Source: an uncultured Lachnospiraceae bacterium | GTDB lineage: Bacteria; Bacillota; Clostridia; Oscillospirales; CAG-272 | Length of the DNA stretch: 64,000 bases | Assembly: GCA_964562175.1 (NCBI GenBank) | Contig: CAZLRV010000010.1 | Span: 1,344-65,343 of the forward strand | Direction of reading: 5' to 3' | Shown here: positions 57,399 to 64,000 of the stretch, piece after piece | Position numbering within the stretch: position 1 is the stretch's first letter | How the letters are laid out: each line of letters starts with the position of its first letter | Translations under genes and position numbers: made by a program | Notes under the pieces: generated by a model | Databases searched by the model: none | What the model was told of the DNA's origin: nothing | What the model saw: the letters and a program-made list of their open reading frames with translations, nothing else

Positions 57399-57817
57399 GC
57401 AAACGCATACTCTGCGTGGATTACGGTGATGTGCGTTCGGGGCTTGCCGTCTCGGACGAGCTTGGAATGCTTGCCCACGGTATCGGATATATAAAAGAGA
57501 CGTATCCGCCGTATTTGGTGCGTCGCATTGCGGAAAAGGTCAACGAATACGGTGTTGAGCTGATAGTACTCGGCAATCCGATAAATATGAACGGCACACA
57601 CGGTCCCAGAGCCGAAAAAGCAAAGGAGCTTAAGGCTTTGCTTGAGAGTGAAATAGGCTGTGAGGTAGTGTTGTTTGACGAGCGAATGACCACCATGTCC
57701 GCACATACGTATTTGAATTATACCAACACACGAGGTAAAAACAGGCGGCAGGTAATTGACACGCTGTCTGCCGAGATAATTTTGCAAAATTATCTCGATT
57801 CGCACAAAGCTACATAA
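57395..57817 (+). CDS. ruvX: Holliday junction resolvase-like / pre-16S rRNA nuclease RuvX (YqgF)
   Basis: ILCVDYGDVRSGLAVSD N-terminus and DERMTT motif. Confidence 0.9.
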   Translation: MSKRILCVDYGDVRSGLAVSDELGMLAHGIGYIKETYPPYLVRRIAEKVNEYGVELIVLGNPINMNGTHGPRAEKAKELKALLESEIGCEVVLFDERMTTMSAHTYLNYTNTRGKNRRQVIDTLSAEIILQNYLDSHKAT

Positions 57818-57823
57818 AAAATT

Positions 57824-57862
57824 CGAGTCGCGGGCAAGCTTTGCCCGAGCGACTCGTTTTTT
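57824..57862. terminator. bidirectional Rho-independent terminator
   Basis: CGAGTCGCGGGCAAGC TTTGCCCGAGCGACTCG followed by TTTTTT. It lies between the convergent ruvX and ttcA-like genes. Confidence 0.8.
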
Positions 57863-57872
57863 ATCTCTTATT

Positions 57873-58577
57873 CTATTCTTTATAGCCGTCGATATTGTGC
57901 TTTTCGAGTGAATGCACGAGCCTGCGAGCGGTACCTCTGCAGTCGGCGTCTATGCCGTGTATTATGCGTTTCATATCCTCTCTGCGAGTGTTTTTGTCAA
58001 ACGGACATCCGTTTTTTGCAACGGGTGCGTTTATTTGAGCAGCTCCCTTGCGTATAAGAAGCTCCGAGCAGGAAAGAAGCGGACGTATTATTCTTATATC
58101 GGTATAATCCGTCACCGGCGAAAACGATATGAAATTACCGCCATACAGCAGATTCATAAGCAGGGTCTGCGCCGCATCGTCCTCGTTATGACCGAGTGCA
58201 AGCACGTTTGCCCCGTGTGTACGAGCGTGTTCACATAAAAGCCTTCTTCGTGTTCTCGAACATATCAGGCACGGGTCGTCATGATTTTTTATCGTCTCCG
58301 CACCGTCAAGCTCTATTACCGAATACTCAAGCCCGAGAGAGTGGCAGAAGGCACGGCACGCCCCGGTATCCGTGTTACCGAAGCCCATATCAACATAAGC
58401 ACAGCTCAAAGCAAATTTTGTCGGCAGATATTTTTGCAGGCGTGAAAGCAGATACAGCAGCATGAGCGAATCCGCACCGCCCGACACGGCGACACATACA
58501 CGGTCGCCGTCGTTTATCATCGAATATTTTTTTATACAGGCTCTTGTTTTGCCCTCAAGTATTTTAATATGATCCAT
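57873..58577 (-). CDS. ttcA: PP-loop ATPase of the TtcA (tRNA 2-thiocytidine) family
   Basis: VAVSGGADSLMLL PP-loop and the CLICSRTRRR Cys motif. Confidence 0.75.
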   Translation of the reverse strand: MDHIKILEGKTRACIKKYSMINDGDRVCVAVSGGADSLMLLYLLSRLQKYLPTKFALSCAYVDMGFGNTDTGACRAFCHSLGLEYSVIELDGAETIKNHDDPCLICSRTRRRLLCEHARTHGANVLALGHNEDDAAQTLLMNLLYGGNFISFSPVTDYTDIRIIRPLLSCSELLIRKGAAQINAPVAKNGCPFDKNTRREDMKRIIHGIDADCRGTARRLVHSLEKHNIDGYKE

Positions 58578-58752
58578 ATGACGATTATATATTTTTCGTG
58601 CTTTTTTGTCAATAGATATTTTTTAAAATATATCCCCCTTAAAAATTAACCGATTAAGGCGTGCTTTGTTAATATTATTATAGTATACTTGTTGCGTGAT
58701 CGTATTATATACGCACTCGCATACTCTTACTCAAAGGAATGGTTCTTTTTAT

Positions 58753-59580
58753 ATGAAATCCACTAAAAAGCTGTTGCTTCCGCTTTTGTGTGCCGCCTCT
58801 GTCATCGGTGCTGTCTTGACCGTGCTGAGGGTTCTGTTAATGGATAATTTTTACGATACGAGTGAAAAGCTCTATAAGGCGGGGACGGATCTGCCGGAGG
58901 CGTTTTCATGGGTCTTTGCCGTTGCTTTTCTGCTCACGGGTCTGTGTGCCTTGTTTATCAAATCGAATAAATTCAACAAAGTATTGCCGCAGGCAAGTCT
59001 TTCGATAGTATTTTCAAGTGCCTTTTGCGGCTTTCTGTTCATCTCATCATCTATTCTTCAGCTTTGGTATTTTCGGGAATCGACATTTGCTTCGAACAGC
59101 ACGATATACATTGCGGTATATATCGGGATGATAGCATTCGGTCTTTTATCCTCGCTTTACTTCTTCCGTGTTTCCTCCACCTCACAGCTCAATATGCTGA
59201 GTCTGCGTCTTACCTCCCTGTTTCCGATAATTTGGGCGATATGCTATTTGCTTTTCATATATTTCGATTCGAGCGTTGTAATAAACAACCCCGAACGTAT
59301 CATTATTCAGCTCGGCATTATCTTCTCAATGTTTTATTTTACCTCCGAGGCAAGATATCACCTTGACATTGCAACCCCTCCGCTCTATTTTGCCATTTCA
59401 CTCGCTTCCGTTATCGTGATATCTGTAAGCTGTATACCGAATATTATTTTGACGGTTCAGGGCATCGTTGGCTTTACGCCTCATACTATCTATTCTTTCT
59501 TGCAGCTCGGCGTGCTTTCCTATATAGTGACTCGACTTTTGTCGTTTGTTTTCGCAAATCCCGTTATATACGGCGACTGA
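58753..59580 (+). CDS. polytopic membrane protein, function unknown
   Basis: About 8 hydrophobic segments and no recognisable motif. Its last 17 nt overlap the 3' end of the convergent recombinase gene. Confidence 0.5.
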   Translation: MKSTKKLLLPLLCAASVIGAVLTVLRVLLMDNFYDTSEKLYKAGTDLPEAFSWVFAVAFLLTGLCALFIKSNKFNKVLPQASLSIVFSSAFCGFLFISSSILQLWYFRESTFASNSTIYIAVYIGMIAFGLLSSLYFFRVSSTSQLNMLSLRLTSLFPIIWAICYLLFIYFDSSVVINNPERIIIQLGIIFSMFYFTSEARYHLDIATPPLYFAISLASVIVISVSCIPNIILTVQGIVGFTPHTIYSFLQLGVLSYIVTRLLSFVFANPVIYGD

Positions 59581-60937
59581 TCGTGCCTTTGGTATAGTGT
59601 ATCTCAACTCTTTCGTATGTTATCACTATTTTTTCGATAAGCTCGCAGAGTATGCCTCGCCGTTCCTCTACACTCATTTTTTCCCACGCACCTCTCACCG
59701 CACTTAGCTTTGAAAAGCGTTGTGCCGCCTCCGAGCTTCTTTTACGTTCAAGTTTCATATTTTCATATTCGAGCTGTGCTTTTGCCAGCTCGTCTTTTTT
59801 TCTGTTTATCTCACCCAAAAGTATCTCGTCCTCGGCACTTGAGTAAAGGTCATAGAGCCTTGACAATCTTCTTTTGCACTGATAGACCGTGTTTTCGAGT
59901 ATTTTCAGCGAATCGCCCCTGTCCTCATCCTCACCTCCACCCTCGGCTGTCATTGAAAAAAGGTCGGCAAGCACTTCGTTTTCAAGCTCGGCGGCATCTA
60001 CCCTTATATTATCGCATTTATCCGTGTGTGCGATATGAGACTTTGACGGATCCCTTGAGTAGCAATATATCTTATACTCCCCACCGCTCCACTTTTGATA
60101 TCTCATTTTTGAGCCGCAAACACCGCAGTATATCAAGCCCGCAAGCAGACATTTTGCACCGGAGGTGCTTTTAGCTCTTATTGCCATTTGCCGCATTGCC
60201 AGCTCAAACGTGTTTTTTGATATTATCGGCTCGTGGCAATTTTCATATTCCACGCCCTTGTATACTATACTGCCGATGTTCGATTTACGTTTAAGTATCT
60301 GTATCGCAAGTCGCTCGTACTTAAGCCCTGTCATTTGAGCTATTCTTCTCGGAGAATAGCCGTCAAGATAGAGAGAATATATATCCTTTACGACTTGCGC
60401 ATCCTCATTCGGGATAAGCTTGCCGCTTTCTTTATCGTAATCGTAACCGAACGGAACTCTGCCCCCGCCCATCCATAAGCCGCTTTTTACCCTCTCAAGC
60501 ATACCCATTCTTGTACGTTCTTTTATCGTTTCACGCTCAAGCTGAGCAAACGCCGACATAATACCGAGCATTGCCCGTCCTATCGGCGTTGAGGTATCCA
60601 TGTTTTCGTTCATTGAGATAAAAGCCACATTATTCGGAATAAGTATATCCTCGATAAGATAGAGCGTATCCTTTTGGCTTCTTGAAAATCTGTCAAGCTT
60701 GTACACAATGACCTCGGATACGTTTCCTTTTTTTATTTCCTCAATGAGCGTTTTAAGCATCGGTCTGTCCGTATTCGCTCCGCTGTAACCGCCGTCGATA
60801 TAAAAGCGGCGTTCTTCTATCCCACGTGACACGCAGTACGCATCAAGCATCTGCTTTTGCGCTTCAATGGAATAGCCCTCCTCCCATTGAGCCTCCGTCG
60901 ATACACGTGCGTACATTGCGGCGTGCTTAGTCGTCAT
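59564..60937 (-). CDS. large serine recombinase (resolvase/invertase catalytic domain, recombinase domain, zinc ribbon, coiled coil)
   Basis: AAMYARVSTEAQ (catalytic Ser), DRFSRS, C-terminal CGVCGSKM...C...C zinc ribbon and a coiled-coil tail. Confidence 0.88.
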   Translation of the reverse strand: MTTKHAAMYARVSTEAQWEEGYSIEAQKQMLDAYCVSRGIEERRFYIDGGYSGANTDRPMLKTLIEEIKKGNVSEVIVYKLDRFSRSQKDTLYLIEDILIPNNVAFISMNENMDTSTPIGRAMLGIMSAFAQLERETIKERTRMGMLERVKSGLWMGGGRVPFGYDYDKESGKLIPNEDAQVVKDIYSLYLDGYSPRRIAQMTGLKYERLAIQILKRKSNIGSIVYKGVEYENCHEPIISKNTFELAMRQMAIRAKSTSGAKCLLAGLIYCGVCGSKMRYQKWSGGEYKIYCYSRDPSKSHIAHTDKCDNIRVDAAELENEVLADLFSMTAEGGGEDEDRGDSLKILENTVYQCKRRLSRLYDLYSSAEDEILLGEINRKKDELAKAQLEYENMKLERKRSSEAAQRFSKLSAVRGAWEKMSVEERRGILCELIEKIVITYERVEIHYTKGTISRRI

Positions 60938-61076
60938 CTTTCTCCGCCTTTACCTCGTCCGTCTCTCTCCTTTGTGCTTTTTTTATCATATTAAGCACGC
61001 AGGAGGAAACTATAACATAGTTTTTCATTTCCTCGTTTATTCTCTCGCTGTCACCGAAATAGCGATATATTTCCAT
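60927..61076 (-). CDS. 49-aa ORF translationally coupled to the serine recombinase (hypothetical)
   Basis: Hand-translated MEIYRYFGDSERINEEMKNYVIVSSCVLNMIKKAQRRETDEVKAEKDDD. GGAGGTGA RBS. Its stop overlaps the recombinase ATG by 11 nt. It is below the track length cut-off. Confidence 0.4.
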   Translation of the reverse strand: MEIYRYFGDSERINEEMKNYVIVSSCVLNMIKKAQRRETDEVKAEKDDD

Positions 61077-61166
61077 ATTCTCACCTCCATGACCGATTAT
61101 TGTCACGCTGTCATAAAAATATACCGCGGTAAATATACTTTTAGGGTATAAAAAGGAGAGAATAAT

Positions 61167-62339
61167 ATGATGAAAAAAGCTCTGTCTTCACTTCTCGCAC
61201 TTGTCCTTGTCTTGACTTCTCTTTCGCCGCTTGCCGTTTTGGGGGTCGGCTTTGATGAGGATATAGAATGCAAAAGCGCAATTTTAGTTGAGCAAAGCAC
61301 CGGGCGTGTGCTTTACGAAAAAAACGCCGACGAGCCTCTGCCGCCTGCCTCGGTAACGAAAATAATGACTCTGCTTTTGACCTTTGAGGCGTTGGAGTGC
61401 GGTCGGATCCACCTTGACGATACGGTGGTCGCAAGCGAATACGCCGCATCCATGGGCGGCTCGCAGGTCTTTTTGAAGGCAGGTGAGCAAATGAGCGTTT
61501 CCGATATGATTAAATCGGTCTGCGTTGCAAGTGCAAACGATTGTGCCGTCGCACTTGCCGAGCATATTTACTCATCCGAGAGTGCATTCGTGCAAAAAAT
61601 GAACGAGCGTGCCGCAGAGCTTGGGATGAGCGGCACGGTATTTAAGAACGCAACGGGGCTTGACGATACGGACACGGGGCATTTGACCTGTGCAAGAGAT
61701 ATTTCCATAATGTCGCGTGAGCTGATGAAGCATAAGGCGATATTCGATTATACCACTATATGGACAGATACCATACGAAACGGACAATTCGGGTTGACCA
61801 ATACAAACAAGCTCATTCGATTTTACCGTGGGGCAAACGGCTTGAAGACCGGCTCGACCTCAAAAGCCAAGTTTTGCATTTCAGCCACGGCACTTCGTGA
61901 CGGAATGCAGCTTATAGCCGTTGTAATGGCATCTGACACCGCAAAGACGAGAAACGCAATTGCTCAAAAGCTTCTCGATCACGGCTTTTCAAATTACGGA
62001 ATTTACTCTGCGGATGCCTCATCCCTGCCCCCTCTTGCCGTTAGAGGCAGTGCCGTGGGAGAGGTCGGCATATCGCACTCCTCCTCATCATGCTTGCTTG
62101 AAAAAGCACGTATCAAGGACGTGACATATGAAATAGAGCTGCCCGACTATGTAACCGCTCCACTGAAAAAGGGCGAGCGTGTGGGACAAATAGTATTTTA
62201 CTGTAATGGCGAGAAAATAAACGCAGTCGACATTGTAGCCGACTGCGAGGTTAAGCGTATTACGTTTTGGCAATCATTTCTTATACTGCTTGAGCGATTT
62301 CTTATGAGCCCATCTTGCTCATCTGACGTTGAGCCATAA
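61167..62339 (+). CDS. dacB: serine-type D-Ala-D-Ala carboxypeptidase (PBP5/S11 family)
   Basis: Signal peptide, then SVTK (SxxK), SAND (SxN) and KTGST (KTG). Confidence 0.85.
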   Translation: MMKKALSSLLALVLVLTSLSPLAVLGVGFDEDIECKSAILVEQSTGRVLYEKNADEPLPPASVTKIMTLLLTFEALECGRIHLDDTVVASEYAASMGGSQVFLKAGEQMSVSDMIKSVCVASANDCAVALAEHIYSSESAFVQKMNERAAELGMSGTVFKNATGLDDTDTGHLTCARDISIMSRELMKHKAIFDYTTIWTDTIRNGQFGLTNTNKLIRFYRGANGLKTGSTSKAKFCISATALRDGMQLIAVVMASDTAKTRNAIAQKLLDHGFSNYGIYSADASSLPPLAVRGSAVGEVGISHSSSSCLLEKARIKDVTYEIELPDYVTAPLKKGERVGQIVFYCNGEKINAVDIVADCEVKRITFWQSFLILLERFLMSPSCSSDVEP

Positions 62340-64000
62340 CAAGCTCATAATATATACCGTGCTTTTTCAAAAGCTCCTCGTGAGTACCTACCTCCGCGAC
62401 TCTGCCCTTATCAAGCACAACGAGCTTGGTGGCGTTACGCAGAGTGGAAAGGCGGTGAGCTATCGCTATTGTGGTTCTTCCCGCTGTGAGCTTTTGCAGG
62501 GTCTGTTGTATGCTTTTTTCCGTTTCCGTATCAAGTGCCGAGGTAGCCTCATCGAGTATCAATATCCTTGGGTCATGCAGTAGCGCACGTGCTATTGCAA
62601 CACGTTGTCTTTCACCGCCCGATAGTGTATGCCCTCTTTCGCCAACCTTTGTATTATAGCCGTCGGGGAGCTTAACAATAAAGCCGTGAGCGCCTGCCGC
62701 CTTTGATGCCTCTATGACCTCTGTCTTTGTGCATCCTGGCTTGGCGTAGGCTATATTATCGTATATGGAGCCGGAGAAAAGAAAATTTTCTTGCAGAACA
62801 ACGCCTATTTGCGAACGCAGTGAATGCTGTGAAATATCTCTTATATCCATACCGTCTATCTTAATGCTTCCGCCGGTAACGTCGTACATACGCATTATCA
62901 GATTTATAAGTGTCGATTTACCGACACCGGATCTGCCGACGATCCCTATCATTTCGCCGCACTTGATATCGAGGTCTATATTTTTCAAAACGTCACCGCT
63001 CTCGTCGTAGCCGAACGATACTCCCTCAAGGCTTATATCGCCGTGTATCTTAAGGTCTGCGGCGTTTTCTTTATCGGCGACTTCGGGCTTTTCATCGAGT
63101 ATGTCAAACACCTTTATCATTGATGTATACGCCTTGGTGAGCAATCTCGGAAGCGAGGCAAGCCAATGTATCGGACCGTATATCAATGTCACATAGCCCG
63201 ACAGCATCGTCGCATCGCCGAGTTGCATTTCCCCTTTAAGTATCGCATTTCCGGTATAATAGAGCAGAAAGAACGAGGATAGGTTCAATACAAAGCTCAA
63301 TAAGGGATGTACCGCATTATATGACAACTCGTTTTTTATGGAGATATCACGCTCTTGAGCTATTGCAGCATCGTAGCGTTCCTCTTCTTTTTTCTCCGTA
63401 CCGAACGCCTTTACGACACGTATTCCCGAAAAGATATCGAACAATACCGACGAGCTTTTCGACTCCGCTTGCCACTGACGGTGGTATATTTTGTGCATAT
63501 ATTTATGAAATCTTCTCATAAACAGCGTGACAAACGGCAGAGGTATTATAACGAACAGTGCAATGGCAGGCTCGTAAATAAACAGAAACGTGCCTACGCC
63601 GAGCAACAGCAGCAGCTGTTGAAGAATATTCGGCAGCTGTGCTATTATAAAGCTTTCAAGCGCCGCAGTATCCTGCGTTATGCGCCTTATCAGCTCGCCG
63701 CTCGTCCGTCTGCTTACGCTTGCCAGCGACAGATTCTGTATCTTTTCAAAGACTCTGCGGCGCAGGTCGACGATGAATTTCATTCCGATATTCATCATAA
63801 GTAGATTTCTCGCTATCGTTATCACATAATTGACGAGATATATCAACAGCATTGAGCCGATAACGAGCAGATATTTGCCGAGCAGTGACGGCTGTGCTTG
63901 TTGTGTTGTGATAAAATCATCAACGAGCAGCTTGTTTACGTAGGGTGAAAAGAGGTTTACGCCGATGCCGAGGAAAAACAGCACCACGGCAACGCATATG
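62302..64000 (-). CDS. ABC exporter, fused permease/ATPase (MsbA-like); N-terminus lies beyond the right edge
   Basis: TMD followed by NBD with GRSGVGKST, LSGGERQR and ILILDEATS. The reading frame is still open at 64000. Confidence 0.85.
   Translation of the reverse strand, partial: ICVAVVLFFLGIGVNLFSPYVNKLLVDDFITTQQAQPSLLGKYLLVIGSMLLIYLVNYVITIARNLLMMNIGMKFIVDLRRRVFEKIQNLSLASVSRRTSGELIRRITQDTAALESFIIAQLPNILQQLLLLLGVGTFLFIYEPAIALFVIIPLPFVTLFMRRFHKYMHKIYHRQWQAESKSSSVLFDIFSGIRVVKAFGTEKKEEERYDAAIAQERDISIKNELSYNAVHPLLSFVLNLSSFFLLYYTGNAILKGEMQLGDATMLSGYVTLIYGPIHWLASLPRLLTKAYTSMIKVFDILDEKPEVADKENAADLKIHGDISLEGVSFGYDESGDVLKNIDLDIKCGEMIGIVGRSGVGKSTLINLIMRMYDVTGGSIKIDGMDIRDISQHSLRSQIGVVLQENFLFSGSIYDNIAYAKPGCTKTEVIEASKAAGAHGFIVKLPDGYNTKVGERGHTLSGGERQRVAIARALLHDPRILILDEATSALDTETEKSIQQTLQKLTAGRTTIAIAHRLSTLRNATKLVVLDKGRVAEVGTHEELLKKHGIYYELVMAQRQMSKMGS

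Noticed and set aside
59564-60937. Serine recombinase as the integrase of the BREX-like island
   Set aside because: It lies about 22 kb from the island, with many housekeeping genes in between. Serine recombinases act on short att sites with 2-bp crossover and do not generate ~230-bp flanking duplications.
62302-62339. 38-nt convergent overlap of the dacB-like and ABC exporter genes as a possible regulatory feature
   Set aside because: Short 3'-3' overlaps are common in compact genomes, and I saw no associated structure.

Overview
The window looks like a chromosomal segment of a spore-forming Firmicute, probably class Clostridia (taxonomy is inference). The evidence is spmA/spmB, abrB, sepF/divIVA, ftsEX followed by an M23 peptidase, and recurring TGnTATNAT extended -10 promoters. 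Most of it is housekeeping: tadA, radC, rsmE, ftsEX, greA, lysS, miaA, tldD/pmbA, yggS, sepF, divIVA, lspA, rluD, fhs, tsaEB, rpiB, ruvX and ttcA.

The standout is an AT-richer island of about 15.3 kb (21762-37305) inserted just after lysS. It is bounded by imperfect ~230-bp direct repeats that duplicate the lysS terminator and the downstream promoter. It carries one tightly packed seven-gene operon:
- an orphan 950-aa protein
- a PAPS-reductase/PP-loop Fe-S protein (BrxP-like)
- a 1400-aa P-loop ATPase (BrxC/PglY-like)
- a PglZ protein
- a BrxL homologue lacking the Lon protease domain
- a 65-aa zinc-ribbon peptide
- a NifS/DndA-type cysteine desulfurase

This is the type 4 BREX core plus three extra genes, with no methyltransferase. 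The desulfurase together with the DndC-like enzyme suggests sulfur-based (phosphorothioate-like) self-marking. No integrase is present, and a PDDEXK (YhcG-like) gene remnant sits at the right edge.

Secondary items:
- a probable cobalamin riboswitch controlling an ECF module with transcobalamin-like DUF4430 surface proteins
- an orphan large serine recombinase with an overlapping upstream mini-ORF
- a ComEC with a degenerate metallo-beta-lactamase domain

I recognised no rRNA, tRNA or CRISPR array. All product calls come from motif reading by eye, and no searches were run.
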